A stretch of DNA of 62,077 bases, the filler included. It is 14 parts of 14 records of this genome, joined end to end, with 100 filler letters (N's around TTAATTAATTAA, not from the genome) between each part and the next. Parts side by side here need not be neighbours in the genome. Positions count along the whole stretch, not along the records: positions 20,890 to 23,600 come from SRR11831586_189; positions 23,701 to 26,173 come from SRR11831586_190; positions 26,274 to 37,555 come from SRR11831586_196; 11 more parts are not named here. One strand, 5' to 3'. The translations under genes were made by a program, and so were the position numbers. Of this stretch, positions 22,630 to 35,066 are shown in pieces (the first letter of the stretch is position 1; the number at the start of each line of letters is the position of its first letter). The notes under the pieces are model-generated. The model saw only the letters and a program-made list of their open reading frames with translations, searched no databases and was not told the origin of the DNA.

Positions 22630-23600
22630 ATGGTTGCTGAATTGACCGCATTACGCGATCAAATTGATGAAGTCGATAAAGCGCTGCTGAATTTATTAGC
22701 GAAGCGTCTGGAACTGGTTGCTGAAGTGGGCGAGGTGAAAAGCCGCTTTGGACTGCCTATTTATGTTCCGGAGCGCGAGGCATCTATGTTGGCCTCGCGT
22801 CGTGCAGAGGCGGAAGCTCTGGGTGTACCGCCAGATCTGATTGAGGATGTTTTGCGTCGGGTGATGCGTGAATCTTACTCCAGTGAAAACGACAAAGGAT
22901 TTAAAACACTTTGTCCGTCACTGCGTCCGGTGGTTATCGTCGGCGGTGGCGGTCAGATGGGACGCCTGTTCGAGAAGATGCTGACCCTCTCGGGTTATCA
23001 GGTGCGGATTCTGGAGCAACATGACTGGGATCGAGCGGCTGATATTGTTGCCGATGCCGGAATGGTGATTGTTAGTGTGCCAATCCACGTTACTGAGCAA
23101 GTTATTGGCAAATTACCGCCTTTACCGAAAGATTGTATTCTGGTCGATCTGGCATCAGTGAAAAATGGGCCATTACAGGCCATGCTGGTGGCGCATGATG
23201 GTCCGGTGCTGGGGCTACACCCGATGTTCGGTCCGGACAGCGGTAGCCTGGCAAAGCAAGTTGTGGTCTGGTGTGATGGACGTAAACCGGAAGCATACCA
23301 ATGGTTTCTGGAGCAAATTCAGGTCTGGGGCGCTCGGCTGCATCGTATTAGCGCCGTCGAGCACGATCAGAATATGGCGTTTATTCAGGCACTGCGCCAC
23401 TTTGCTACTTTTGCTTACGGGCTGCACCTGGCAGAAGAAAATGTTCAGCTTGAGCAACTTCTGGCGCTCTCTTCGCCGATTTACCGCCTTGAGCTGGCGA
23501 TGGTCGGGCGACTGTTTGCTCAGGATCCGCAGCTTTATGCCGACATCATTATGTCGTCAGAGCGTAATCTGGCGTTAATCAAACGTTACTATAAGCGTTT
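22630..23600 (+). CDS. tyrA: Chorismate mutase/prephenate dehydrogenase, 3'-truncated by gap
   Basis: LRDQIDEVD chorismate mutase domain, GGGGQMG, HPMFGP. Confidence 0.97.
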
Positions 23601-23844
23601 NNNNNNNNNNNNNNNNNNNNNNNNNNNNNNNNNNNNNNNNNNNNTTAATTAATTAANNNNNNNNNNNNNNNNNNNNNNNNNNNNNNNNNNNNNNNNNNNN
23701 CCCGTTGACTTCCTGAAGAAGTCGTTTCAGGGAGAGATTCAGCCCTTTTGTTACCTCCTGGACCGCTTCTTGTCCTTCCAGTCGGAGCGAGAGTTAGCCG
23801 GGGCGGACTTTCACCGACGGAAAGATCGTGCATTTCAAGGCACA

Positions 23845-24077
23845 CACAACAATATCTGCGAGCGTGCTATCCGTCCGGTCGTTATGGGACGAAAGGCCTG
23901 GTTGTTCGCTGGTTCACTGGTGGCCGGGAACCGCGCGGCACAGATAATGAGCCTTCTGGGAACCGCAGTCTGGAGCCACATGCTTGGTTGACGGACGTCC
24001 TGACGCGTCTGCCGGAGTGGCCGGAGGAGAGGTTGGCTGAGTTACTGCCTCTTGAGGGCTTTACCTTCTTCGGGTAA
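23845..24077 (+). pseudogene. yjgZ: IS66-family transposase C-terminal remnant (yjgZ region of KpLE2)
   Basis: NNICERAIRPVVMGRKAWLFAGS in one frame and LEPHAWLTDVLTRLPEWP...ELLP in another, typical of the IS66 TnpC C-terminus. Confidence 0.75.
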
Positions 24078-24577
24078 GTGATACCTGCCGTCAGGTGTTT
24101 GTGCACCGGGCCATAACCTGCAGTTGGGAATTGAACGCCTGACAACAGGAAATGAGCTAGAGCAGTAAACACGCGGGCTGACAATGGGTCAGAATATGAG
24201 TTAGCCCGGCGTTATTCCTGGGGTCAGTACTTCAGATCTAGCCTCCGGTACCAGACTAGCTAGCCCCTACGCAACCAAATAAATCAACCATCGTCAGAGT
24301 GCAATCGTTCATATACACTGTCGGTGATGCGCTAAAAAATGCGTTAATGTTGAGTTCCTCGAACCCTTACCAATTAAGGGACATAGCCAGATACGCAACT
24401 GGCTGATGCAAGCAGTCTAATGTCTTTAGATCCGCTGGCCTGCGGGCATGACAATGTCAAACAGTCAAAGATTGTGGCGTTGACGGTCAGTCTTGGGGAC
24501 AAAAAAGCTCAGTATTCTCGTTGGCAACCAGATAATTTAACAGTTGATGCTGAAACGAAATAGGCATCTTGGTTCTG

Positions 24578-26003
24578 TAATGCCAGTCAGTTAAGCAACT
24601 GACTGGCTCTTTTTCGGGGCTGTGGGGTATTTCCAGGGCCTCTCCTTTACCACTCTCGGGAAGGCCCTTTCCCTTCTTGTCGGTAATTTCACAAGTTGTC
24701 CCATACTTGCAAGATCGCGCATCAGCTCCGGTATACGTCCCGGTGAAGCGCCCTGCAATGTCATCAGCATTCTCATCACCATTCCGCATGATTCTGAGAA
24801 ACTCAGTTGATTCGGCCAGTAACCTTTCAGATGTTCCGCCATTTTAATCATCTGATATCTCACCAGATTATAAGCCAGTAAGACACCCCACAGCTCTTGC
24901 TCCACAAGCTCCGGCTTTTTACTTCTCAGCGTCAGCCTGCTCCGTTGCATCGTCTGTTTTATCTCCCTGTATCCCAGTTCGATTTCCCAGCGATGACTGT
25001 ACAGATCCCCCATTTCTCCTCCGGGGAAGCGCATGGCGTCCGTCATCGACGTCAGCAGATGGCAGACTTTTCCTTTGCGCGTCACGGTCAGCAGGCGGGC
25101 AGTCACTTCATTTCCCAGTCCCGGCCACTTTTTTCGTGCCTGCGGGCTGGTTTTCAGCTTCACCAGATGATCGCCTTTACCCAGTTTTCTGATCTCTTCA
25201 TATTGCGCTCCCTTTCTGAGAGGTATCATCCAGTGGCGGTGTTCTCCCGCCAGGCTCCAGGCATTTAACAGTCCCAGTGAGTAATAACCTTTATCCATTA
25301 ACGTCAGAGTGTTATCGCCGGTTTGTTCTATAAGTTGCTCAGCAAGCTCATTTTCGCTGTTCTTCATCGTGCCGAAGGCTGCAGCCGTCAGCAGATGGCT
25401 GGTCAGTTCCATCTGGCAGACCATTTTGACCTGCGGGTAGAGCGCCGGGTTCCCGGCATGTGTCTGGCGGGGGAAGGCTGCATCGTTCTCTGGTGTATCC
25501 GGTGTGCGCCAGAACACACCATCGATGGCCAGCAGGGTCAGGCCGCACCAGTGCGGATGCGGCGTGGCGTTATGCCAGAGCTGCGCTGTTTTCGTGAACA
25601 CGCGGCGGACAGCCTCACTTCCCAGGCGCTGGCGGGCCTGAATAACGGCACTGGGGGCAACGAAGGGGCGATTGCCCGGCAGCATGATGTCCAGGCGATT
25701 CACAATCTGGTGAAGAGGTTCTTTACGCTCAAGCGCCATGCCAACAATACACCAGACCATCATTTCGAGGGGAAGACGGCGCTTGCGTAGCGTTACAGTA
25801 CCTGATTCGGCAAGGCAACGAGAGATGAGTTCGGGGTCGAGGTAATCCCCCAGAGAAGTCAGTGGGTTACGCAGAGAATCGTAACGGGATACCAGATCAA
25901 GAGCCTGTCCAATGTGCATAAAAAAATCCGGAAACAAGTGAGCGTTTCCGGATTCTTACACAGCCACTGGATCGGTCAACTGATCCTTAACTGATCGGCA
26001 TTA
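24578..26003 (-). mobile_element. Complete IS4, 1426 bp, with 12-bp target duplication
   Basis: Inverted repeats TAATGCCAGTCAGTTAAG / CTTAACTGATCGGCATTA; direct repeats ATCTTGGTTCTG at 24566-24577 and 26004-26015. Confidence 0.96.
24591..25919 (-). CDS. insG: IS4 transposase
   Basis: DDE motifs [24 protein letters not shown] (YREK signature). Confidence 0.95.
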   Translation of the reverse strand: MHIGQALDLVSRYDSLRNPLTSLGDYLDPELISRCLAESGTVTLRKRRLPLEMMVWCIVGMALERKEPLHQIVNRLDIMLPGNRPFVAPSAVIQARQRLGSEAVRRVFTKTAQLWHNATPHPHWCGLTLLAIDGVFWRTPDTPENDAAFPRQTHAGNPALYPQVKMVCQMELTSHLLTAAAFGTMKNSENELAEQLIEQTGDNTLTLMDKGYYSLGLLNAWSLAGEHRHWMIPLRKGAQYEEIRKLGKGDHLVKLKTSPQARKKWPGLGNEVTARLLTVTRKGKVCHLLTSMTDAMRFPGGEMGDLYSHRWEIELGYREIKQTMQRSRLTLRSKKPELVEQELWGVLLAYNLVRYQMIKMAEHLKGYWPNQLSFSESCGMVMRMLMTLQGASPGRIPELMRDLASMGQLVKLPTRRERAFPRVVKERPWKYPTAPKKSQSVA

Positions 26004-26112
26004 ATCTTGGTTCTGGTGTTTGTAACAAACTATCAGCTACAAAAATATGCTCAATTTGTGACATCAGTAACAAAACGCGTTTTGTTATGTGGATTTGCTT
26101 GTTTTTTGATCT

Positions 26113-26135
26113 GGTATAACAGGTATAAAGGTATA
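26113..26135 (+). promoter_or_regulatory. NanR operator upstream of yjhB(nanX)-yjhC
   Basis: Three GGTATA direct repeats separated by 2-3 nt; CRP-like TGTGA site near 26057. Confidence 0.8.
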
Positions 26136-26273
26136 CAGAAAAGCAAAGAAATACTGCAAAGGAAACAGCTATANNNNNNNNNNNNNNNNNNNNNNNNNNN
26201 NNNNNNNNNNNNNNNNNTTAATTAATTAANNNNNNNNNNNNNNNNNNNNNNNNNNNNNNNNNNNNNNNNNNNN

Positions 26274-26642
26274 GTTTTCCCAGTTATCTTCCACGAAACG
26301 GATGTCGTGAATAGTCGGGTCCATGCCCAGCTCTTTCAGAGAACCGAGGTACAGCTCCTGAATATTGTCCGGCGATGGCTTAATGACCACCTGGAACTGA
26401 TAGTAGTGCTGTAAACGGTTGGGGTTTTCGCCGTAGCGACCATCGGTCGGGCGACGAGAAGGCTGAACATAAGCAGCCGCCATCGGTTCTGGCCCCAGCG
26501 CGCGCAGACAGGTCATTGGGTGAGAGGTTCCCGCGCCGACTTCCATGTCCAATGGTTGAACAATGGTGCAGCCCTGGCGAGCCCAGTAATCCTGTAAGGT
26601 CAGGATCAAGCCCTGGAAGGTCCTGGTATCAAACTTTTGCAT
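26274..26642 (-). CDS. glyQ: Glycyl-tRNA synthetase alpha subunit, 3'-truncated
   Basis: [14 protein letters not shown]...EVGAGT...[16 protein letters not shown]. Confidence 0.97.
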
Positions 26643-26736
26643 ATTATTTCGTGCTGGATACGTGTGGATTTAAAGGAAGGGATCAGTATACCCGCTGGAT
26701 GGAAGATATACAGTACGAAACGGGAAAAAGCAGGGC

Positions 26737-27036
26737 TTAACGCATGGAAAGATGCAAAAAATGGCCATCCGCGTCAAAAGAACAGACAAACTGCTCTTTA
26801 CGGAAGGTATAACCGCGCATTTCATAGCTTCCCTGGAACTGTTCGAAGGCGGTGACGTCGATTTTTTGCTCGCCGGTGTTATAACGTTTTGCCGCCTGAT
26901 CCTTGCATAACGCTTCCATATTCAACGAACGCAGAGGATCAACCTTTACCCGTTGTGCTTTCTGCACGGGTGACGGTATAGAACAACCCACTAGCACCAT
27001 AAGCGCCATTGCCGGAAAGAAAGCGTTCATCATCAT
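26737..27036 (-). CDS. ysaB: Lipoprotein YsaB
   Basis: Lipobox LVGC; synteny. Confidence 0.88.
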   Translation of the reverse strand: MMMNAFFPAMALMVLVGCSIPSPVQKAQRVKVDPLRSLNMEALCKDQAAKRYNTGEQKIDVTAFEQFQGSYEMRGYTFRKEQFVCSFDADGHFLHLSMR

Positions 27037-27210
27037 TAAATTACCGTCTGGTTTGCAGGTGAGTCTTATTATTTATATCGGTATAGTGGCTGATATCTTA
27101 CGAATTTCCTTAAGCCTCTATAAGCTGTAGTGATAAAACTCAGATTATTCCAGTGCGCCAACCAAATGATTTATCGGTCAGACTTTTTTTAACCAGATAC
27201 AGAGACACAG

Positions 27211-28206
27211 ATGCAGCCCAAAATTTACTGGATTGATAACCTGCGAGGGATAGCGTGTTTAATGGTGGTGATGATTCACACCACTACCTGGTATGTGACC
27301 AATGCTCATAGTGTTAGCCCCGTCACATGGGATATCGCCAATGTTCTGAATTCTGCCTCTCGTGTCAGCGTGCCGCTATTTTTCATGATTTCCGGCTATC
27401 TCTTTTTTGGCGAACGCAGCGCCCAGCCGCGCCATTTCTTGCGTATCGGCTTATGTCTGATTTTTTATAGCGCAATCGCACTGCTCTACATTGCGCTGTT
27501 TACCTCCATCAATATGGAGTTAGCGCTGAAAAACCTGCTGCAAAAGCCAGTGTTTTACCACTTGTGGTTTTTCTTCGCGATTGCGGTGATTTATCTGGTT
27601 TCACCGCTGATTCAGGTGAAGAACGTCGGCGGAAAAATGTTGCTGGTGCTAATGGCGGTGATTGGCATTATCGCTAACCCAAACACAGTGCCGCAGAAAA
27701 TTGACGGTTTTGAATGGCTGCCAATTAACTTATATATCAATGGCGATACTTTTTACTACATTCTGTATGGCATGTTGGGCCGCGCTATAGGGATGATGGA
27801 CACACAGCATAAAGCACTGTCGTGGGTGAGCGCCGCGCTGTTTGCGACGGGGGTTTTTATTATCTCTCGCGGGACATTATATGAATTGCAGTGGCGCGGA
27901 AATTTTGCCGATACCTGGTATCTTTACTGTGGGCCGATGGTTTTTATCTGCGCAATCGCGCTATTGACTCTGGTTAAAAACACGCTGGATACGCGTACCA
28001 TTCGCGGACTTGGCTTAATCTCCCGCCATTCATTGGGTATATACGGATTCCACGCCTTGATTATCCATGCGCTGCGCACCCGGGGAATTGAGCTTAAAAA
28101 TTGGCCAATACTGGATATTATTTGGATCTTTTGCGCGACGTTGGCAGCGAGTTTGTTACTTTCTATGCTGGTACAACGAATCGACAGAAACAGATTAGTG
28201 AGTTAA
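27211..28206 (+). CDS. wecH: ECA O-acetyltransferase (acyltransferase-3)
   Basis: [23 protein letters not shown] motifs; also called yiaH. Confidence 0.93.
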
Positions 28207-28208
28207 GT

Positions 28209-28240
28209 AAAAGCCCGGTCACATTGGACTGACCGGGCTT
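28209..28240. terminator. Hairpin between convergent wecH and yiaA
   Basis: AAGCCCGGTCA...TGACCGGGCTT. Confidence 0.7.
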
Positions 28241-28247
28241 ACGTGAG

Positions 28248-28685
28248 TTATTCGCTGTATTCTTCCTGGGTAACCTGTGTTTCTTTTGGTGGGTTTATTC
28301 CGGCATCACGAATATTTTTCTGCACCGCTACTGCACCAAACAAGCTTAAGAAGAAAGCCAGTCCATAAAAACCTTTTTCGCTGAGTAATAATGTCGCATT
28401 CCACAGACCTACCATCAGTAATGCAACAGAGATAATAAAGACAGTCAGGCAGGTCATATAATAAATGGAAGTGGTCGGTATGCCTTCATACTTGTCCCGA
28501 ACGGTCTTTTGATAAGACGCCGCAGAAAACAGTCCTAATACCAGTACGGCAAAATAATATCCTTTTTCATTTAACTGCATCTCTGCATTCCATAGCCCTA
28601 ACAGATAGGTAACGATACCACCAACGAGAGCTATCCATGACACAATACTAAAGGCCGGTGAATAGGTTGATATTTTGTTGTCCAT
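28248..28685 (-). CDS. yiaA: Inner-membrane protein YiaA
   Basis: Two GLWNA...EKG[YF]Y YiaAB repeats. Confidence 0.92.
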
Positions 28686-28730
28686 CACAGTATTCCTTTC
28701 ATTCCTGAATATGTAAGAGCTTTATGTTGC

Positions 28731-29072
28731 TCATGCCGAGCGAAACAAACGCATTTGACCAAACAAGCAGACAAAAAAGGCGATGGGATAGATCACCATT
28801 TCATAAGTATTGATAGGTGCGTTTAAAACACCGATAAACAAGAGACCGATAGTGATTAACGCAACTAACTGGCAGATATGGGTAAAAAAATCATCCAGTT
28901 GCCCGAGTTTTTCTGCGCGAAGATATGCATAGTTGCCAAAAGTTGCTGTCATTAACACGCCAAGAAAATAGCCTTTTCCACTTAACAATGGGCATGAGAT
29001 CCATAGCCCAACCAGATAAACCAGCGCCCCGACAACAAATAATAGTTTTGCCACAGTCTTTGAGGTTTTCAT
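28731..29072 (-). CDS. yiaB: Inner-membrane protein YiaB
   Basis: YiaAB-like hydrophobic protein; synteny. Confidence 0.88.
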   Translation of the reverse strand: MKTSKTVAKLLFVVGALVYLVGLWISCPLLSGKGYFLGVLMTATFGNYAYLRAEKLGQLDDFFTHICQLVALITIGLLFIGVLNAPINTYEMVIYPIAFFVCLFGQMRLFRSA

Positions 29073-29240
29073 AACGATCTCCATATCTACCAGCGATACA
29101 TTACGAGTAACCAACGAAAGACAAAACTGAAAAATGCCATTAACAAATGATTTTCAGAATAAATTCATACTAAATATTAATTAATTACTGAGATATATAG
29201 ATGTGAATTATCCCCCACCCGGTCAGGCAGGGGATAACGT

Positions 29241-30695
29241 TTACGCCATTAATGGCAGAAGTTGCTGATAGAGGCGACGGAACGTTTCTCGTCGTGGCTG
29301 ATAAGCGGCATAACGCTGCGCATCTGGTAGATGCGACTGTTCTAACGGTAGTTGCGGCAACAATTCAATGAGCGATTTCTCTGGATTCGCCGCGATCTGC
29401 GCCAGCCTTGCTGCGCCCAGTGCTGGCCCCACATCCCCCCCCGTACGGTAATCGAGCTGCTGACCGCTGATATCCGCCAGCATCTGACGCCAGTACTCAC
29501 TACGCGCCCCGCCCCCAATCAACGTAACACTTTGCGGTTTAATACCGCAGGCATGCACGACATCCATGCCATCTGCCAGCGCATAACCCACGCCTTCCAG
29601 CACTGCTCGCGCCAGTTCATTGGGGCCATGTTGATGAGTCAAACCAAAGAAAACCCCCTTCGCCTGGGGATTATTGTGTGGCGTACGCTCGCCGGAAAGA
29701 TAAGGCAGAAACCAAACTGGCTCGGCACTTTCATCAGCCTGTTGAGCTGCAGCGATTAAAGCTGGGACATTGCTCAGGCCGGTTAATTTCGCGGCCCAAT
29801 CCAGACACGACGCTGCACTCAGCATCACAGACATTAAATGCCAACGTTGCGGTAGCGCATGGCAAAAGCTATGTACGGCGCTTTCTGGCTTGCTTAAGAA
29901 CCCTTCGCTGACAGCAAAATAGACCCCCGACGTCCCCAGCGATAACATTGCCTGATTAGCATCAACCATTCCCACACCAACTGCACCAGCTGCATTGTCG
30001 CCACCGCCTGCGACAACTGGCACCGTCGCCATACCCCACGCTTTCGCAACTTCAGGTAACAAAGCACCAGTAATTTCGCTGCCTTCGTATAATGCGGGCA
30101 TCTGGTCACGAGATAAGTCGCAAGCCTGCAGCATGACGTCACTCCAGTCACGCTTTGCGACATCCAGCCACATGGTGCCAGCTGCGTCAGACATATCGCT
30201 GGCAAACTCCCCCGTCATACGCAGACGCAAGTAATCTTTCGGTAATAATACTTTGTCGATTTGACGGAATATCTCCGGCTCATGCCGCTGAACCCATAGC
30301 AATTTAGGCGCAGTAAATCCGGGCATCATCAGGTTGCCGGTAATCACCCGCGATTGCGGAACTCGCGCTTCCAGCAAAGTGCACTCTTGCGCACAGCGCC
30401 CGTCGTTCCACAAAATGGCAGGGCGTAACACCCGTTGCTGAGCATCCAGCAAGGTTGCTCCGTGCATCTGGCCGGCAATACCCAATGCTTTAACGTCCTG
30501 CAGAGAATGCTGATCGCCCAGAGCTTTCATTGCGCGATCAGTTGCCTGCCACCACTGTTCCGGGTCTTGTTCCGACCAGAGTGGATGCGGGCGCGAAACG
30601 GTCAGCTTTTCCGTTTGCGCAGCAACCACCTCACCCTGCTCGTTGAGCAAAATAACTTTTACGCCCGAGGTGCCAAGATCTATCCCGATATACAT
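29241..30695 (-). CDS. xylB: Xylulokinase
   Basis: GIDLGTSG FGGY-kinase motif; GGGDNAAG. Confidence 0.97.
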   Translation of the reverse strand: MYIGIDLGTSGVKVILLNEQGEVVAAQTEKLTVSRPHPLWSEQDPEQWWQATDRAMKALGDQHSLQDVKALGIAGQMHGATLLDAQQRVLRPAILWNDGRCAQECTLLEARVPQSRVITGNLMMPGFTAPKLLWVQRHEPEIFRQIDKVLLPKDYLRLRMTGEFASDMSDAAGTMWLDVAKRDWSDVMLQACDLSRDQMPALYEGSEITGALLPEVAKAWGMATVPVVAGGGDNAAGAVGVGMVDANQAMLSLGTSGVYFAVSEGFLSKPESAVHSFCHALPQRWHLMSVMLSAASCLDWAAKLTGLSNVPALIAAAQQADESAEPVWFLPYLSGERTPHNNPQAKGVFFGLTHQHGPNELARAVLEGVGYALADGMDVVHACGIKPQSVTLIGGGARSEYWRQMLADISGQQLDYRTGGDVGPALGAARLAQIAANPEKSLIELLPQLPLEQSHLPDAQRYAAYQPRRETFRRLYQQLLPLMA

Positions 30696-30766
30696 ATCGA
30701 TCGTTCCTTAAAAAAATGCCCGGTATCGCTACCGATAACCGGGCCAACGGACTGCACAGTTAGCCG

Positions 30767-32089
30767 TTATTTGTCGAACAGATAATGGTTTACCAGATTT
30801 TCCAGTTGTTCCTGGCGACCACTCTGATGCACCGGAGACAAATGATGTTCCTGAGCATATTTGGCTAAATCTGCCAGTGACATTTGGCCTTTCAGGATTT
30901 GCTGGCCCAATTCGCTATTCCAGCCGGAATAACGCTGCGCGATGCGTTTATCCAGCTCGCCATCTTCAATCATGCGCGCTGCAATTTTCAGCGCCAGTGC
31001 CATCGTATCCATCGCGCCGATATGACCGTAAAACAGATCATATTTATCAGTACTTTGACGACGTACTTTGGCATCGAAGTTCAGACCACCGGTGGTGAAA
31101 CCGCCTGCTTTGAGAATTTCATACATCACCAGCGCATTCTCTTCCACACTGTTCGGGAACTGGTCGGTGTCCCAGCCCAGTTGCGCATCGCCACGGTTGG
31201 CGTCGACAGAACCGAACAGGCCAAGCGCAATGGCGGTGGCTATTTCATGATGGAAAGAGTGACCTGCCAGCGTCGCGTGGTTAGCTTCAATGTTCAGTTT
31301 AATCTCTTTTTCCAGACCAAACTGTTTCAGGAAGCCATAGACCGTCGCGGCATCGTAATCATATTGATGTTTGGTCGGTTCTTGCGGTTTCGGTTCGATA
31401 AGCAACGTGCCCTGGAAACCGATTTTATGTTTATGCTCAACCACCATCTGCATAAAGCGGCCCAGTTGTTCACGCTCCTGACGCAAGTCGGTATTTAACA
31501 GCGTTTCGTAACCTTCACGACCGCCCCACAGGACATAGTTTTCACCGCCCAATTTATGGGTTGCTTCCATCGCTGTAACAACTTGCGTTGCCGCCCAGCT
31601 GAAGACTTCAGGATCTGGGTTCGTCGCCGCACCCGCGCCGTAGCGAGGGTTTGTAAAGCAGTTGGCCGTTCCCCACAGCAGCTTCACGCCGCTCTCTTCT
31701 TGCTTGCCTGCCAGGACATCAACCATTTGCGCAAAATTATTGATGTACTCTTTTAACGACGCGCCCTCAGGGGAAACATCCACATCGTGGAAGCAATAAA
31801 ATGGCACATGTAACTTGTGGAAAAACTCAAATGCGACATCTGCTTTACGCTTCGCCAACGCCAGTGCCTCACCAGGCTGCTGCCACGGACGATTAAACGC
31901 CCCCACACCAAACATATCCGCCCCGTTCCAGCAGAAGGTGTGCCAGTAGCAGGCGGCAAAACGCAAGTGCTCTTCCATACGCTTACCCAACACCAGTTCG
32001 TCGGGATTGTAGTGACGGAATGCTAACGGGTTTGAGGATTTTGAGCCTTCATAACGAACGCGATCGAGCTGGTCAAAATAGGCTTGCAT
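30767..32089 (-). CDS. xylA: Xylose isomerase
   Basis: [20 protein letters not shown] motifs. Confidence 0.98.
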
Positions 32090-32454
32090 ATTGAACTCCA
32101 TAATCAGGTAATGCCGCGGGTGATGGATGATGTCGTAATATTGGGCACTCCCTTTCAGTTGCTCAATTATGTTATTTCACACTGCTATTGAGATAATTCA
32201 CAAGTGTGCGCTCGCTCGCAAAATAAAATGGAATGATGAAACTGGGTAATTCCTCGAAGAGAAAAATGCAATAAGTACAATTGCGCAACAAAAGTAAGAT
32301 CTCGGTCATAAATCAAGAAATAAACCAAAAATCGTAATCGAAAGATAAAAATCTGTAATTGTTTTCCCCTGTTTAGTTGCTAAAAATTGGTTACGTTTAT
32401 CGCGGTGATTGTTACTTATTAAAACTGTCCTCTAACTACAGAAGGCCCTACACC
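32090..32454. promoter_or_regulatory. Divergent xylA/xylF promoter region (XylR/CRP controlled)
   Basis: AT-rich intergenic region between divergent operons; regulation from established knowledge. Confidence 0.7.
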
Positions 32455-33447
32455 ATGAAAATAAAGAACATTCTACTCACCCTTTGCACCTCACTCCTGC
32501 TTACCAACGTTGCTGCACACGCCAAAGAAGTCAAAATAGGTATGGCGATTGATGATCTCCGTCTTGAACGCTGGCAAAAAGATCGAGATATCTTTGTGAA
32601 AAAGGCAGAATCTCTCGGCGCGAAAGTATTTGTACAGTCTGCAAATGGCAATGAAGAAACACAAATGTCGCAGATTGAAAACATGATAAACCGGGGTGTC
32701 GATGTTCTTGTCATTATTCCGTATAACGGTCAGGTATTAAGTAACGTTGTAAAAGAAGCCAAACAAGAAGGCATTAAAGTATTAGCTTACGACCGTATGA
32801 TTAACGATGCGGATATCGATTTTTATATTTCTTTCGATAACGAAAAAGTCGGTGAACTGCAGGCAAAAGCCCTGGTCGATATTGTTCCGCAAGGTAATTA
32901 CTTCCTGATGGGCGGCTCGCCGGTAGATAACAACGCCAAGCTGTTCCGCGCCGGACAAATGAAAGTGTTAAAACCTTACGTTGATTCCGGAAAAATTAAA
33001 GTCGTTGGTGACCAATGGGTTGATGGCTGGTTACCGGAAAACGCATTGAAAATTATGGAAAACGCGCTAACCGCCAATAATAACAAAATTGATGCTGTAG
33101 TTGCCTCAAACGATGCCACCGCAGGTGGGGCAATTCAGGCATTAAGCGCGCAAGGTTTATCAGGGAAAGTAGCAATCTCCGGCCAGGATGCGGATCTCGC
33201 AGGTATTAAACGTATTGCTGCCGGTACGCAAACTATGACGGTGTATAAACCTATTACGTTGTTGGCAAATACTGCCGCAGAAATTGCCGTTGAGTTGGGC
33301 AATGGTCAGGAACCAAAAGCAGATACCACACTGAATAATGGCCTGAAAGATGTCCCCTCCCGCCTCCTGACACCGATCGATGTGAATAAAAACAACATCA
33401 AAGATACGGTAATTAAAGACGGATTCCACAAAGAGAGCGAGCTGTAA
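32455..33447 (+). CDS. xylF: Xylose ABC periplasmic binding protein
   Basis: Signal peptide, LRLERWQKDRD. Confidence 0.97.
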   Translation: MKIKNILLTLCTSLLLTNVAAHAKEVKIGMAIDDLRLERWQKDRDIFVKKAESLGAKVFVQSANGNEETQMSQIENMINRGVDVLVIIPYNGQVLSNVVKEAKQEGIKVLAYDRMINDADIDFYISFDNEKVGELQAKALVDIVPQGNYFLMGGSPVDNNAKLFRAGQMKVLKPYVDSGKIKVVGDQWVDGWLPENALKIMENALTANNNKIDAVVASNDATAGGAIQALSAQGLSGKVAISGQDADLAGIKRIAAGTQTMTVYKPITLLANTAAEIAVELGNGQEPKADTTLNNGLKDVPSRLLTPIDVNKNNIKDTVIKDGFHKESEL

Positions 33448-33524
33448 GCGTTACGCCCCAGCGCGGAGCGGGGGCGTGATTTCTCTCCATGCCGCGTGAA
33501 TGAATTGGCTTAGGTGGAGTCGTT

Positions 33525-35066
33525 ATGCCTTATCTACTTGAAATGAAGAACATTACCAAAACCTTCGGCAGTGTGAAGGCGATTGATAACGTCTGCTTGC
33601 GGTTGAATGCTGGCGAAATCGTCTCACTTTGTGGGGAAAATGGGTCTGGTAAATCAACGCTGATGAAAGTGCTGTGTGGTATTTATCCCCATGGCTCCTA
33701 CGAAGGCGAAATTATTTTTGCGGGAGAAGAGATTCAGGCGAGTCACATCCGCGATACCGAACGCAAAGGTATCGCCATCATTCATCAGGAATTGGCCCTG
33801 GTGAAAGAATTGACCGTGCTGGAAAATATCTTCCTGGGTAACGAAATAACCCACAATGGCATTATGGATTATGACCTGATGACGCTACGCTGTCAGAAGC
33901 TGCTCGCACAGGTCAGTTTATCCATTTCACCTGATACCCGCGTTGGCGATTTAGGGCTTGGGCAACAACAACTGGTTGAAATTGCCAAGGCACTTAATAA
34001 ACAGGTGCGCTTGTTAATTCTCGATGAACCGACAGCCTCATTAACTGAGCAGGAAACGTCGATTTTACTGGATATTATTCGCGATCTACAACAGCACGGT
34101 ATCGCCTGTATTTATATTTCGCACAAACTCAACGAAGTCAAAGCGATTTCCGATACGATTTGCGTTATTCGCGACGGACAGCACATTGGTACGCGTGATG
34201 CTGCCGGAATGAGTGAAGACGATATTATCACCATGATGGTCGGGCGAGAGTTAACCGCGCTTTACCCTAATGAACCACATACCACCGGAGATGAAATATT
34301 ACGTATTGAACATCTGACGGCATGGCATCCGGTTAATCGTCATATTAAACGAGTTAATGATGTCTCGTTTTCCCTGAAACGTGGCGAAATATTGGGTATT
34401 GCCGGACTCGTTGGTGCCGGACGTACCGAGACCATTCAGTGCCTGTTTGGTGTGTGGCCCGGACAATGGGAAGGAAAAATTTATATTGATGGCAAACAGG
34501 TAGATATTCGTAACTGTCAGCAAGCCATCGCCCAGGGGATTGCGATGGTCCCCGAAGACAGAAAGCGCGACGGCATCGTTCCGGTAATGGCGGTTGGTAA
34601 AAATATTACCCTCGCCGCACTCAATAAATTTACCGGTGGCATTAGCCAGCTTGATGACGCGGCAGAGCAAAAATGTATTCTGGAATCAATCCAGCAACTC
34701 AAAGTTAAAACGTCGTCCCCCGACCTTGCTATTGGACGTTTGAGCGGCGGCAATCAGCAAAAAGCGATCCTCGCTCGCTGTCTGTTACTTAACCCGCGCA
34801 TTCTCATTCTTGATGAACCCACCAGGGGTATCGATATTGGCGCGAAATACGAGATCTACAAATTAATTAACCAACTCGTCCAGCAGGGTATTGCCGTTAT
34901 TGTCATCTCTTCCGAATTACCTGAAGTGCTCGGCCTTAGCGATCGTGTACTGGTGATGCATGAAGGGAAACTAAAAGCCAACCTGATAAATCATAACCTG
35001 ACTCAGGAGCAGGTGATGGAAGCCGCATTGAGGAGCGAACATCATGTCGAAAAGCAATCCGTCTGA
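33525..35066 (+). CDS. xylG: Xylose ABC ATPase
   Basis: [17 protein letters not shown]. Confidence 0.97.
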
